A DNA stretch of 46,083 nt from Candidatus Kaiserbacteria bacterium RIFCSPHIGHO2_12_FULL_56_13 (GCA_001781625.1 MFLS01000002.1:19957-66039); one strand, 5' to 3'. Positions 16,067-26,723 are shown, counted from the stretch's first letter. Translations and numbers: made by a program. The notes: a model not told the origin generated them from the letters alone.

Positions 16067-17455
16067 TTACTCGTTCGGGGCCTCCTTGTCTCTATCCTCC
16101 TCTTTGTCAGCCATCGTCTCGTCGCCTGCGGGAGTGGGCGTGAGCTCCTCTTCAGCGGGGAGAGCAGTCTTCTCTGCCGCCTCTTCGGTGATGATTTCGG
16201 CGCTCTCGGTAGGAGAGATTCCTGCCTCGACTGCAGCATTATCCTTCTCACCCCCCTCTGCCGAGAGGTCAACGACGGGCTCCTCGGCGATGGTGACGGC
16301 CTCACCGTCTGTGCCCGCAACGCTCGCGCCTTTTGCAGAGATGATATCGATGTTCCACCCCGTAAGCTTGGCCGCGAGCCGCACATTTTGCCCGCCGCGC
16401 CCGATCGCGAGTGACTGCTCGTCTTCTGATACGGTCACGGTCGCGCGGTGCGCCGCTTCATCGAGCGAGACCTCGAGGGGCGAGGCGGGCGACAAGGCCT
16501 CTTTGATGAAGGAGGCGGCGGTATCACTCCACTCGATGATGTCGATGCGCTCGCCGCCGAGCTCGCTCATGACGGTTGAGACCCTTACGCCACGCTGACC
16601 CACTAGGGAGCCCACTGGGTCGACATGCGGGTCAAGCGACGCGACGGCGATCTTCGTGCGACTCCCCGGCTCGCGCGCGATCGCTTTGATCTCGATCGCG
16701 CCTGATGCAAGTTCAGGCGCTTCTTGCTCGAAGAGTTTCACGACGAATTTCGGGTGCGCGCGCGAGAGGCGTAAATAGACGCTTCTAAAACCTTCCTCGA
16801 CATTGTAGAGATAGGCCCTGACGCGCTCGCCCGGGCGATAGCGCTCGCCCGGGATCTGCTCTTCATAAGGGATCACGCCCGTTGTCCTCCCCAAGTCGAC
16901 AAATATCGCGCCGCGCTCCATCCTTTGCATCACCCCGCCGACGATCTCACCTTTTTTCTCGGCAAACTCTTCGAGCATCGAGCGCTTTTCGGCCTCGCGC
17001 ACCTTTTGGATCACCACTTGCTTGGCGGTCTGCGCGGCTATGCGGCCGAAATCCTCTTGGGGCTCGAGCGGGAAGACGATCTCACTCCCCAGTTCAGCTC
17101 CCTTTTTGATACGGCGCGCGTCTTCGAGGAGGATATGCTTTTCGGCGTCAAAGCGCGGGAGCTCGCCCTCGACGACCTGCTCTTCTTCATGCGGATGGTG
17201 GAGTGCGGGCGGGGGCTCCTCGTCTCCATCGGGGAAGCGCACAAGCCCTTCATTGACGACGGTCTTGACCTGTTCGAAAGAGATAGTGCCCGTGTGCATA
17301 TCGAGCTTCGCGCGGATGACCTGCCCGCGCTTGCCGTATTCGCGCTTGTAGGCGGTTGCCATCGCGTTCTCGATTGCGTCGATCATAGTCTCGCGCGTGA
17401 TACCGCGATCTTCGAACTCGCCGAGCACTGCATTGATGGTCTTGAGATCTAACAT
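16067..17455 (-). CDS. nusA: Transcription termination/antitermination factor NusA with an acidic C-terminal tail
   Basis: An N-terminal NusA domain is followed by an S1 domain (GEIVGGVMQRMERGAIFVDLG). Two KH domains are present (GSRTKIAV..DPVGSLVGQRGVRV and AIGRGGQNVRLAAKLTGWNIDI). Confidence 0.9.
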   Translation of the reverse strand: MLDLKTINAVLGEFEDRGITRETMIDAIENAMATAYKREYGKRGQVIRAKLDMHTGTISFEQVKTVVNEGLVRFPDGDEEPPPALHHPHEEEQVVEGELPRFDAEKHILLEDARRIKKGAELGSEIVFPLEPQEDFGRIAAQTAKQVVIQKVREAEKRSMLEEFAEKKGEIVGGVMQRMERGAIFVDLGRTTGVIPYEEQIPGERYRPGERVRAYLYNVEEGFRSVYLRLSRAHPKFVVKLFEQEAPELASGAIEIKAIAREPGSRTKIAVASLDPHVDPVGSLVGQRGVRVSTVMSELGGERIDIIEWSDTAASFIKEALSPASPLEVSLDEAAHRATVTVSEDEQSLAIGRGGQNVRLAAKLTGWNIDIISAKGASVAGTDGEAVTIAEEPVVDLSAEGGEKDNAAVEAGISPTESAEIITEEAAEKTALPAEEELTPTPAGDETMADKEEDRDKEAPNE

Positions 17456-17577
17456 ATGGATTATGTATGTCGCACTTTATAAAGAAAGCCCCAAAGGGGC
17501 ATCCAGTTGCCTATAAAAATACCCGAGTGTGGGGACGAAGTCAATACCCCTCGCGCGCGCGTTATACTTTTATCTAT

Positions 17578-19323
17578 ATGCACGTTTCGGAGAGCGAGCT
17601 CAAGGACTTTATCGTTGATTCGGGTCTTGTCTCCCGCAAAGATATCGATGCCGCTCTCGTCGAGGCGAAGAAGCGCGGGTTGCCTCTTGGCGATGTTTTG
17701 GTCGGTAGCGGTGCCTTGACCGAGGACGCCCTACGGCGCATCCAGGCCTATGTGCTCGGCATCCCCTTCGTGAGCTTGAAGGAGCACAAGATACCGGTCG
17801 ATGTGCTGGCGCTCATCCCCGAGCCGATCGCCCGCACGCACAACATCATCGCTTTTAAGAAGGAGGCAGACACTCTCGCGGTTGCGATGCTCGATGTCGA
17901 GGATCTGCAATCTATCGAATCGGTACGCAAAAAGACCGAACTCAAGATTTTGCCGCGCTTGACTGATACCGATTCGATCAAGCATGCGCTTTTGCAGTAT
18001 CAAAAGTCCTTGAAGGACGAGTTCGGCGACATCATCTCGACCGAGGCAGGAAAGTTGCGTGTCGTCGCGGCCGAGGCCGAGACCTCGGGCGAAGAGCTTA
18101 AGAAGATGGCCGAAGATCTGCCTATCGTGCGCATCGTCGATACCTTGTTGAAACATGCCATCGTGCAAGACGCCTCTGATATCCACATCGAACCCATGGA
18201 GCAAGAGGTGCTCGTCCGTTACAGGATTGATGGCATTCTCCATGACGCGATGACCTTGCCGAAGGCCGCGGCGCCGGGTCTTGTCGCGCGCATCAAGGTC
18301 TTGTCGAACTTGAAGCTTGATGAGAAGCGCCTGCCGCAAGACGGCCGTTTCAAGATGGAGACCGAAGGCGACAGGGTCTCCTTTCGCGTCTCGGTGTTAC
18401 CGACCTTTTACGGCGAGAAGATCGTCATGCGCCTCCTCCGTGAGACCGGCGAGGGTTTCACCCTCGAGGCGCTCGGCTTTCACGGCCAAAGCTTAGAGCG
18501 CATCCACAGCGCTCTCAAACAAACGACCGGCATCATCCTTGCGTCAGGGCCGACCGGGAGCGGCAAAACGACGACCCTCTACACGATGCTCGACATCTTG
18601 AATACGCCCGATGTGAATATCTCGACGATCGAAGACCCCATCGAATACCAGATGAAGCGGGTCAACCAGACACAGGTCGCACCGGCGATCGGCTTTACCT
18701 TCGCCAATGGACTGCGTTCTCTCGTGCGCCAAGACCCCGACATCATCATGATAGGCGAGATCCGCGACGGCGAGACGGCCTCGCTCGCGATCAATGCCGC
18801 GCTGACCGGCCACCTCGTCCTCTCGACGATCCATACCAACTCGGCTGCAGGCGCGATCCCGCGTTTGATCGACATGGGCGTCGAGCCCTTTCTCCTCGTC
18901 TCGACCGTGAAAGTCATCATCGGTCAGCGCCTCGTGCGCCGTCTCACCGAGGCGAAAAAGGAGCACAAGCTCACCAAGGCCGAGCGTGCACAGATCGCCC
19001 TCGACGCGCACTTTGACGCGGCGCTCGCGGCGCTCAAAGAGGAGAAACTGCTCAAGGAGAATACGACAATCGAATCGGTGCCGTTTTATAAGCCCGAGCC
19101 GTCGGGCGACAGCGAGGACGGCTACAAGAGCCGTATCGGCATTCACGAAGTACTCGCGGTCTCCTCCGCGATACGCGAAGTCATCTTGCGTAAAGGCACC
19201 TCTGATGCCATCGAGACGCAGGCCAAGAGCGAAGGCATGCTCACAATGCTCGAAGACGGCCTCTATAAGGCCGTGCGCGGCGTCACCTCGCTTGAAGAGG
19301 TATTGCGTGCCGTCACCGAATAG
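17578..19323 (+). CDS. pilB: Type IV pilus / type II secretion assembly ATPase (PilB/GspE family)
   Basis: N-terminal T2SSE_N-like domain. Walker A is GPTGSGKTTTLY, followed by IEDPIEY, MIGEIRD and the His box LVLSTIHTN. Confidence 0.9.
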   Translation: MHVSESELKDFIVDSGLVSRKDIDAALVEAKKRGLPLGDVLVGSGALTEDALRRIQAYVLGIPFVSLKEHKIPVDVLALIPEPIARTHNIIAFKKEADTLAVAMLDVEDLQSIESVRKKTELKILPRLTDTDSIKHALLQYQKSLKDEFGDIISTEAGKLRVVAAEAETSGEELKKMAEDLPIVRIVDTLLKHAIVQDASDIHIEPMEQEVLVRYRIDGILHDAMTLPKAAAPGLVARIKVLSNLKLDEKRLPQDGRFKMETEGDRVSFRVSVLPTFYGEKIVMRLLRETGEGFTLEALGFHGQSLERIHSALKQTTGIILASGPTGSGKTTTLYTMLDILNTPDVNISTIEDPIEYQMKRVNQTQVAPAIGFTFANGLRSLVRQDPDIIMIGEIRDGETASLAINAALTGHLVLSTIHTNSAAGAIPRLIDMGVEPFLLVSTVKVIIGQRLVRRLTEAKKEHKLTKAERAQIALDAHFDAALAALKEEKLLKENTTIESVPFYKPEPSGDSEDGYKSRIGIHEVLAVSSAIREVILRKGTSDAIETQAKSEGMLTMLEDGLYKAVRGVTSLEEVLRAVTE

Positions 19324-19325
19324 CC

Positions 19326-20537
19326 ATGAAATTTCGTGTCACGATAAAAAAACCCGGAGCGAAAGACGAAGATCGCATCATCGAAGCTGCGTCACGCTTT
19401 GCGGTGTATGACGCAGTGCAGAAGGAGGGGGGAACGGTCGCCGCGATAGTCGAGGGCGGCGGGTTTGCGCTCCCGACGAAGTTCAACTTTGTGATCGGGA
19501 CAGGGGTGAAACGCCAAGAGATCATCACCGTAGCCACCAACCTCTCGGCGATGCTCTCTGCCGGCCTCGCGCTCGCGCGCGCCCTCTCGGTCTTGGAACG
19601 GCAGTCGCGGAACGCGCGCCTCAAGGAGATCATTACAAACATCGTCGCGACGGTGACCAAAGGCGCGACATTTCATGAGGCCCTGGCCTTGTACCCCAGG
19701 GTCTTTTCGAAGCTCTTTGTTGCCATGGTGAAAGCGGGTGAAGAGTCGGGAGGGCTCGCGACCTCTCTCAAGGTCGTCGGTATGCAGATGGAGCGCGCCG
19801 AAGAGCTCGCGCGCAAGGTCAAGGGAGCGATGATTTACCCGGCGATCGTCATTGCGGCCATTATTGTCGTCACCATATTGATGCTCGTGTTCGTCGTGCC
19901 GACCTTGTCAACGACTTTTAAGGAGCTTGGCGTCGAACTGCCGCTTGCGACCCGGGTAATCGTCGGCACCTCTGATTTCATGGTGAACAACGTGTTTCTG
20001 GTGCTGATCCTCGTTGTCCTTGTCATCGCGGGTGCGATTGTCTTTGCGCGCGGAGAGACGGGGCGCGGGCTGATCCTCAAAGCGGCGCTCATGCTACCGG
20101 TCATCGGCGAGATAGTGCGAGAGACCTTTGCGGCGCGCGCTTCGCGCACTCTCGCCTCGCTCCTTGCTTCGGGCGTCCCCGTCTTGAGCGCTCTCGAGAT
20201 CACCGAAGAGGTGGTCGGCGCCCCGCTCTTTGCCCTCGTGCTTCGCGATGCTGCCGCCCGAGTCAAGAAGGGTGACCCTCTTTCTGCATCCTTCATCGAG
20301 CACCCAGAGCTCTATCCCCTCATGATGAGCGACATGATCGCGGTCGGTGAAGAGACCGGAAAGCTCTCGGAGATGCTTCAGCAGGTGGCTGAGTTTTACG
20401 AGGGAGATGTCGCACAGAAGACCAAGGACCTCTCAACGATCATCGAGCCCTTGCTCATGCTCTTTATCGGAGGCGTCGTCGGCATTTTTGCCGTCGCGAT
20501 GATCTCGCCAATCTACTCACTTTCTGAAGCGATTTGA
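19326..20537 (+). CDS. pilC: Type IV pilus platform protein (PilC/GspF family)
   Basis: Two GspF repeats and three TM segments; IAVGEETGKLSEML is present. Confidence 0.9.
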   Translation: MKFRVTIKKPGAKDEDRIIEAASRFAVYDAVQKEGGTVAAIVEGGGFALPTKFNFVIGTGVKRQEIITVATNLSAMLSAGLALARALSVLERQSRNARLKEIITNIVATVTKGATFHEALALYPRVFSKLFVAMVKAGEESGGLATSLKVVGMQMERAEELARKVKGAMIYPAIVIAAIIVVTILMLVFVVPTLSTTFKELGVELPLATRVIVGTSDFMVNNVFLVLILVVLVIAGAIVFARGETGRGLILKAALMLPVIGEIVRETFAARASRTLASLLASGVPVLSALEITEEVVGAPLFALVLRDAAARVKKGDPLSASFIEHPELYPLMMSDMIAVGEETGKLSEMLQQVAEFYEGDVAQKTKDLSTIIEPLLMLFIGGVVGIFAVAMISPIYSLSEAI

Positions 20538-20539
20538 GT

Positions 20540-20914
20540 ATGCGGGGATTCTCATACATCGAACTCATTGTTACTCTCGCTCTCGTTGGTGTAATCTTGA
20601 CAGTGTTCTTAGCACTCCTCTCCCCCCTCCCGCTCGCTCGTGTTGCCGAGCACCGGTCAATCGCTCTTGCCGTTGCTGAAAATGAGCTCGATGCTCTGCG
20701 TGCAGCGGGCTATGGTGTACTCCCCGAAAGTGGATCGTGGAGTGCACCAGAACTCGCTCTTCTCCCTTCAGGGGCAGGGACGCGCACGGTAACTGATTAC
20801 AATGATACGACCAAGCAAGTCGTGGTGAACGTCACGTGGAGCGAGATTGAGAGCACAACGCCCTATTCAATAACGCTTTCCACACTCATCACAATTGTCG
20901 GCGGTATACCATGA
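20540..20914 (+). CDS. Prepilin-type N-terminal cleavage/methylation domain protein (pilin/pseudopilin)
   Basis: MRG|FSYIELIVTLALVGV has Gly at -1, Glu at +5 and a hydrophobic helix. ATG 20540 lies just after the pilC stop. Confidence 0.7.
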   Translation: MRGFSYIELIVTLALVGVILTVFLALLSPLPLARVAEHRSIALAVAENELDALRAAGYGVLPESGSWSAPELALLPSGAGTRTVTDYNDTTKQVVVNVTWSEIESTTPYSITLSTLITIVGGIP

Positions 20915-21468
20915 TAAATCGCACAGCAGGATACACTCTTGTCGAAACGGTCATCATCGTCGGTCTTGTGGCGATGCTCTTCTTGGCGCTTTTTACTCTC
21001 TTTGTCACTGCAAGCCGCATTTTTTCCCACGAACAGCGAGCCGCTGGCGCTGCCTATGAGGCGCGTACGACCATACGAGAGATTCAGATCATGGCGCGTG
21101 CAGCACACTCCGTCGTTGACTCGGTCGTAATCAACACTACTACCTATACGACCGACATGAACTCGACGCTGGTCTTAGCTCTTCCCGCAATCAACACGCT
21201 TTATGACGTGATCCCTAGTGCATACGACCACGTAGTCTTTTCTCTTTCCGGCAGTGAGCTTACAAAAATCGTTTCTCCGCATGCGGCAAGCGCGCGCGCG
21301 CCCATCGATAAAACGCTCTCCAAACTCGTTGCCGACCTCACTTTTGCCTATGATAGCCCTACTCCTTCTGATGCGCGCTCTATTGATGTCACCATCATCA
21401 CCGAGGCATCCACGCAATTGGGGACAAAATCATATACGCTCGTCGGGCGAGCCCATATGCGCAACTAG
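20911..21468 (+). CDS. Prepilin-type pilin/pseudopilin
   Basis: MINRTAG|YTLVETVIIVGLVAMLF has Glu at +5. Confidence 0.7.
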   Translation: MINRTAGYTLVETVIIVGLVAMLFLALFTLFVTASRIFSHEQRAAGAAYEARTTIREIQIMARAAHSVVDSVVINTTTYTTDMNSTLVLALPAINTLYDVIPSAYDHVVFSLSGSELTKIVSPHAASARAPIDKTLSKLVADLTFAYDSPTPSDARSIDVTIITEASTQLGTKSYTLVGRAHMRN

Positions 21469-21472
21469 ACAT

Positions 21473-22753
21473 ATGACATCCTCTTATCGCGGCAGTGTTT
21501 TTCTTGTTACACTCGTCTTTCTCGGCGTTTTCATTACAGTGACCACTTCGCTCATTGGTTCACTAACAGCCTATGGTCGCGCCGCGAATCACGCCGTTAC
21601 CGTTGCGCAAGCCCTTGCGCTTGCCGAGGGGGCACTTGATAAAGCGGCATATGAGCTGAATCGTAACCCCAGTTATGAGGGAGAAGTGAATACGCCACTT
21701 GCGCCGGGTGATTTTTCAATCGCGGTTTCGACGATAGATTCATCGAACAAGAAAGTGACTGTCACAGGGACTGTCTCGGGAGTGACGAAGACGATTTCGG
21801 CGATATTAGCTACCGATTCATCTGTTGCAACGTTTCGTTATGGCGTGCAGTCGGACGCAGGCGGCGTGCATCTTAAAAACTCTGCGTCGGTGCACGGCAA
21901 CGTGTTTTCAAATGGCTTCGTGACAGGGCAAAACAGCAATATCGTGCGCGGCGACGTTATTTCTGCGGGCCCCTCAGGACTCATAGACGGAATATATGCA
22001 ACCTCTTCAGGCTATGCGCGCACCATTCGAAATTCGACCATCGATCAAGATGCGCACTATGAGGTCATTTCGAATACGACAGTCGGCGGGATACAGTATT
22101 CGGGGAGCACTAGTCAGGCAACTGCGGACATGCCAATTACTGATACACAGGTAGAGGGGTGGAAAGCTGACGCCGGGGCTGGTGGGACCTACACAGGTAC
22201 CTGCCCGTATACCATCACCTCGTCGGTTATCCTCGAGCCTTTGAAGATCCCCTGCAACGTGACCATAAGCGGCACGCCGACCATCACACTAACGGGGCCA
22301 CTCTGGATTGTCGGTAATCTCGAGATACAGAATACTGCACACATTCGCGTCGCCGACTTTCTCGCCGACCGTTCCATCGCCATCGTTGCTGACAACCCGG
22401 CAAACCCTTCATCGAGCGGGAAAATAATTCTCAAGAACAGCGTGATAGTCACCGGCGCGGGCACGGATTCTTATGTACTTTTCCTCTCGCAAAATCGGAG
22501 CGCTGAAAGTGGCGGGAGCGTTACCGCAATCGAGGTGCAAAACTCGGTCTCAGGTGATCTCTTAGTCTATGCAGGACATGGGAAGATCATCCTTAAAAAC
22601 TCCATCCATCTTAAAGAGGTAAGCGCGTACCGCATTGAGGTCGAGAACTCCGCCGAGATCGTATACACAAGCGGGCTCACAAATACGCTTTTTAATTCTG
22701 GTCCCGGCGGGTCGTGGGTCTTTAAGCCAGGCACCTACGTCGTTTCACCGTGA
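21473..22753 (+). CDS. Large pilus-associated protein with an N-terminal pilin-like anchor
   Basis: MTSSYRGSVFLVTLVFLGVFITV is a hydrophobic N-terminus without Glu at +5. It is followed by a Gly/Ser/Thr/Asn-rich, repeat-like region (VHGNVFSNGFVTGQNSNIVRGDVISAG). Last gene of the pil cluster. Confidence 0.55.
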   Translation: MTSSYRGSVFLVTLVFLGVFITVTTSLIGSLTAYGRAANHAVTVAQALALAEGALDKAAYELNRNPSYEGEVNTPLAPGDFSIAVSTIDSSNKKVTVTGTVSGVTKTISAILATDSSVATFRYGVQSDAGGVHLKNSASVHGNVFSNGFVTGQNSNIVRGDVISAGPSGLIDGIYATSSGYARTIRNSTIDQDAHYEVISNTTVGGIQYSGSTSQATADMPITDTQVEGWKADAGAGGTYTGTCPYTITSSVILEPLKIPCNVTISGTPTITLTGPLWIVGNLEIQNTAHIRVADFLADRSIAIVADNPANPSSSGKIILKNSVIVTGAGTDSYVLFLSQNRSAESGGSVTAIEVQNSVSGDLLVYAGHGKIILKNSIHLKEVSAYRIEVENSAEIVYTSGLTNTLFNSGPGGSWVFKPGTYVVSP

Positions 22754-22775
22754 CATTTGGTATGATTGAGTGCGT

Positions 22776-23519
22776 ATGCTTATCGTCGCAAACTGGAAGG
22801 CCTATGTCGAAGAGCGCGAGCGGGTAAAAAAGCTCTATGCGCTTGCGAAACGCCTGACGTCGGCGACGAAGGTTGCGATTATTCTCGCGCCTTCAGCGCC
22901 GCAACTCGGCTTTTTGGCACCGCGCAACACCTCAAAGGTCGCGTTTGCTGCGCAGGATATCTCGCTTACGACTGGCGGGCCTCACACGGGTGAGGTGACG
23001 GCTGCGGCGTTCGCCGCTCTTGGCGCCACCTATACCATTGTCGGTCATTCCGAGCGCCGCGCGAAAGGCGAGACGCGCGAGACGACGGCGCAGAAGGTCG
23101 CGCATGCGGTGGCCAACGGTCTCACGCCGATCCTCTGCGTCGGCGAGAAGGAGCGTGACACCGAAGGGCGCTATCTCGCCGATGTCCGTGCCGACCTCGA
23201 GGGCGCACTTGAGTCGATTGCCCCCAAAGAGCGGTCACGGATCATTGTCGCCTACGAGCCCGTATGGGCGATTAACAAGACCTTCGACGACGCTATTTCG
23301 GTCACCGATCTTGCCGAGATGGCGCTCTACATCCGCAAGGTCCTTGCCGAGCTCTCGACGGCGAAAACGTCAGCAAAGACGACCGTCTTGTACGGCGGCT
23401 CGGTCGAGCCCGAGAATATCCGCGGTCTTGCTGCCGGCTCCGACGTCGACGGCTTTCTCGTCGGACACGCCTCTGTTGACCCGGTGATGTTCGCTGCGCT
23501 CGTCAAGGCGCTTTCTTAG
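22776..23519 (+). CDS. tpiA: Triosephosphate isomerase
   Basis: MLIVANWK, VGHSERR, ILCVGE and AYEPVWAI. Confidence 0.9.
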   Translation: MLIVANWKAYVEERERVKKLYALAKRLTSATKVAIILAPSAPQLGFLAPRNTSKVAFAAQDISLTTGGPHTGEVTAAAFAALGATYTIVGHSERRAKGETRETTAQKVAHAVANGLTPILCVGEKERDTEGRYLADVRADLEGALESIAPKERSRIIVAYEPVWAINKTFDDAISVTDLAEMALYIRKVLAELSTAKTSAKTTVLYGGSVEPENIRGLAAGSDVDGFLVGHASVDPVMFAALVKALS

Positions 23520-23592
23520 CGGGCAGAAAATGCCGCTTTCTGAGTACGCATAATTTCTTGCTAGAAATTTACTTGCGTCCGCTATACTTTGA

Positions 23593-24672
23593 ATGATGCG
23601 TAGCATCACGGAGATCCCTGTCCTTCACAACATCCCTGTCCTTGTACGCGCCGCCCTCAACGTTCCCCTTGAAGGCGGTAGGGTGGCGAGCGAGTACCGC
23701 TTACGGCGCGCCCTCCCCACGATCGTGTATCTGCGCGAGAGAGGGGCGCGGGTTGTACTTGCAAGCCACATTGGGGACACCAGCACGGCGACCTTGCGCC
23801 CTGTGGTGGAGGAACTCGAGAAACTTATCGGGCCGGTCGCGTTTTGCGAAGTGCCGGTTGGCGCAAGAGCGCGTGAAGCGGTGCGTGTGCTGCGTCCCGG
23901 CGAGGTGCTGGTGCTTGAGAATCTTCGGCGCGACCCGGGCGAAGTTGCAGGGAGCATTGAATTTGCGCGTGAACTCGCGGCGCTCGCCGATGTCTTTGTG
24001 CAAGACTCATTCGATACCTGTCACCGCGCGCACGCCTCAATCGTACGTCTCCCCGCTCTCCTCCCCGCTTATGCGGGGTTCGAGCTCCTCGACGAGATAC
24101 GAGAACTCAGTAAGGCGCTTTCGCCGCGGCACCCCTCATTTGCGATTATTGGCGGCGCAAAGTTTTCAACCAAAGAGGCAGTCCTCACCAGACTTTTAGC
24201 AACGTACGACCACGTGTTCGTGGGCGGCGCTTTGGCAAACGACTTTCTCAAAGCGAAGGGGCAAGAGGTGGGGGAGTCACTCATTTCAGACACTTCACCC
24301 GATGAGTTACAAAAGGTGCTTGCACACCCGCGTCTCCTCTTACCCATCGATTCGCGCATCGAAGACGGGCGCATCGAGGACCATGGTCCTAAGACAATCG
24401 AACTCCTCGTCGATCTTGTGAACAACGCGCGCACAATCCTTTGGAATGGCCCTTTGGGCGAGTATGAAAAAGGTTTCACTGCCGCGACTGACGCGGTTGC
24501 CGAGGCGATTGCGGGGAGCGGCGCATACTCAGTTGTCGGCGGCGGAGACACCGCAGTCGAGCTCGAGCGCAGGGGGCTTCTTGAGCGCTATTCATTCGTC
24601 TCTATCGGCGGCGGCGCGATGCTTGAATTCCTCGCCAAGGGAACTCTCCCAGGGCTAGCTGCATTAGGGTAG
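23593..24672 (+). CDS. pgk: Phosphoglycerate kinase (short form)
   Basis: LVRAALNVPL, ASHIGD, LLENLRRDPGE, IIGGAKFSTK and VGGGDT. Confidence 0.9.
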   Translation: MMRSITEIPVLHNIPVLVRAALNVPLEGGRVASEYRLRRALPTIVYLRERGARVVLASHIGDTSTATLRPVVEELEKLIGPVAFCEVPVGARAREAVRVLRPGEVLVLENLRRDPGEVAGSIEFARELAALADVFVQDSFDTCHRAHASIVRLPALLPAYAGFELLDEIRELSKALSPRHPSFAIIGGAKFSTKEAVLTRLLATYDHVFVGGALANDFLKAKGQEVGESLISDTSPDELQKVLAHPRLLLPIDSRIEDGRIEDHGPKTIELLVDLVNNARTILWNGPLGEYEKGFTAATDAVAEAIAGSGAYSVVGGGDTAVELERRGLLERYSFVSIGGGAMLEFLAKGTLPGLAALG

Positions 24673-25050
24673 ATGCGCGCGGATTTTCGCGGCGTTCCCG
24701 GTAAAATCCATCTTGTCTCCTGCCACCTGGTCGTTCGGGAAGACCCATATATGCGCATGAGAGATCTCATCGCCGACGCTTTTGGTGAGTATCCAATCGG
24801 TAGAAAACGCTTTTTGCTCGGCCTTCGCTATCTTTCGCGCCACTTCAAAATACTGGCCGATATTCGGCACATCCCAGATCCAGCGATAATGTGTCTTTGG
24901 GACAACTTGTACATGACCCGGCGACTGCGGGTGGATGTCGAGGAAGGCGAGAAACTGCTCATCTTCGTACACCTTGGTTGAAGGAATCTCGCCGCTGACT
25001 ATTTTGCAGAAAATGCAACCTGCCCGACCAGGGTCTTTCATTCCCGCCAT
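24664..25050 (-). CDS. HIT (histidine triad) family protein
   Basis: CIFCKIVSGEIPS is followed by the histidine triad SHAHIWVFP. Confidence 0.85.
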   Translation of the reverse strand: MAGMKDPGRAGCIFCKIVSGEIPSTKVYEDEQFLAFLDIHPQSPGHVQVVPKTHYRWIWDVPNIGQYFEVARKIAKAEQKAFSTDWILTKSVGDEISHAHIWVFPNDQVAGDKMDFTGNAAKIRAHLP

Positions 25051-25064
25051 AGTATCATTCCTCC

Positions 25065-26723
25065 ATGCCCGATGACTTCACTCTTATGTTACTCCGCAGG
25101 CGAGGAATAGAGACAAAAGATGAGATAGAGAAGTTTCTCAACCCCTCGTATGACCTTCACCTCCATGACCCGCTTTTGATGAAGAATATGAGAGGGGCCG
25201 CACAGCGACTTGCGGCCGCTATCAAAAGCGGTGAACGCATCGCCGTGTGGAGCGATTATGATTGCGACGGCATCCCTGCTGCGGTCTTGCTTCACGATTT
25301 TTTGGAAAAAGCTGAAGCGAATTTCGAGAATTACATTCCACACCGGCATGAAGAGGGGTATGGCGTCAATACTGAAGGCATAGAGAAGCTCGCAGAGAGC
25401 GGCGCGAAGCTCATCGTCACGGCAGATGTTGGCATCACTGATGTGGGGGCGGTCGCGCGTGCGCGCGAACTTGGCGTCGAGGTCATTGTTACCGATCACC
25501 ACCTGCCGGGCGACGAGCTCCCCGACGCGATCGTGGTTGACGATAAGCAAAAGGGCGAAACGTATCCCTTCCCCGAGCTTTGTGGCGCGGCGACCGCATG
25601 GAAACTCGTGTGCGCCATACTTGCTGTCGCTCCCGAACTTCGCGAAAAGATCCCCGTGGGATGGGAGAAATGGCTCCTCGACATGGCGGGACTCGCGACC
25701 ATCGCCGATATGATGCCGCTCGTAGGAGAGAATCGTGTCATCGCAACATATGGCCTCAAGGTTCTTCGCAAGTCCCCGCGTATCGGGCTCCAGAAACTCT
25801 GTCGCGTGATGCGCGTCAATCAATCGACCCTCACTGAAGACGATGTCGGCTTCATGATCGCACCTCGCGTGAACGCGGCATCGAGGATGGGCGATGCGTG
25901 GGATGCTTTCAACCTCTTCACGGCCACAGACGAGGTCGAGGCCGAGGCGCTCGCGCGAAAGCTCGACAAGGCAAATCGCGAACGCAAAGCGCAAGCCGGG
26001 GCGATCACGCGCGCGGTGCATACACGCCTCAAAAGCCGCACCTCAATCCCGACCGTGATCGCGCTTGGCGACCCGGCATGGCGACCGTCCTTGCTCGGGC
26101 TTGTCGCAAGCGGGATTGCTGAAGAATATGAGCGACCGGTCTTTTTGTGGGGCAGAGAGGGCAATCAGTCTCTCAAGGGCTCATGCCGTTCAGACGGGCG
26201 CGTGCATGTCATCGAGCTCATGACGGCGACGACTGAAGTGTTCGCCGAGTTCGGCGGTCATGCAGGATCAGGCGGTTTCACCGTGAGAGACGACCAAATT
26301 TTTTATCTCGAAGAGCGTCTTGTCGAGGCGCACACACGGGTAGAGGTAGCAGAGCTCTCGCAAAGAGAGTACGAGATTGACGCGAGGATCTCGCCTGATC
26401 AGGCAGATGAATCCCTGCTTGCGAAAGTGGAGCGGCTCGCACCTTTTGGCGAGAAGAATGAAAAGCCTCTTTTCTTGTTTCGTGAGTGCGAGATCGCACG
26501 CATTTCGCGCTTCGGCAAAGGGAACGAGCACCTCAAGATAGAGATTGCGCGGCCCTTCGGCGCGCTTGAAGCCGTGAGTTTTTTCGCAAAGGGAGATCTC
26601 GCGAAAGCGGCGCATGCCCTCTCGCCCCATTCGCGTGTGAACCTCGTCGGGCACCTCGAACGCGATCAGTTCTCCCGTCGCGGAGGACCGCGCCTCCGGC
26701 TCATCGGCATAGCACCTGTATGA
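25065..26723 (+). CDS. recJ: Single-stranded-DNA-specific exonuclease RecJ
   Basis: DHH motifs are present: SDYDCDGI, TADVGI, IVTDHH and GHAGSGG. Confidence 0.9.
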   Translation: MPDDFTLMLLRRRGIETKDEIEKFLNPSYDLHLHDPLLMKNMRGAAQRLAAAIKSGERIAVWSDYDCDGIPAAVLLHDFLEKAEANFENYIPHRHEEGYGVNTEGIEKLAESGAKLIVTADVGITDVGAVARARELGVEVIVTDHHLPGDELPDAIVVDDKQKGETYPFPELCGAATAWKLVCAILAVAPELREKIPVGWEKWLLDMAGLATIADMMPLVGENRVIATYGLKVLRKSPRIGLQKLCRVMRVNQSTLTEDDVGFMIAPRVNAASRMGDAWDAFNLFTATDEVEAEALARKLDKANRERKAQAGAITRAVHTRLKSRTSIPTVIALGDPAWRPSLLGLVASGIAEEYERPVFLWGREGNQSLKGSCRSDGRVHVIELMTATTEVFAEFGGHAGSGGFTVRDDQIFYLEERLVEAHTRVEVAELSQREYEIDARISPDQADESLLAKVERLAPFGEKNEKPLFLFRECEIARISRFGKGNEHLKIEIARPFGALEAVSFFAKGDLAKAAHALSPHSRVNLVGHLERDQFSRRGGPRLRLIGIAPV

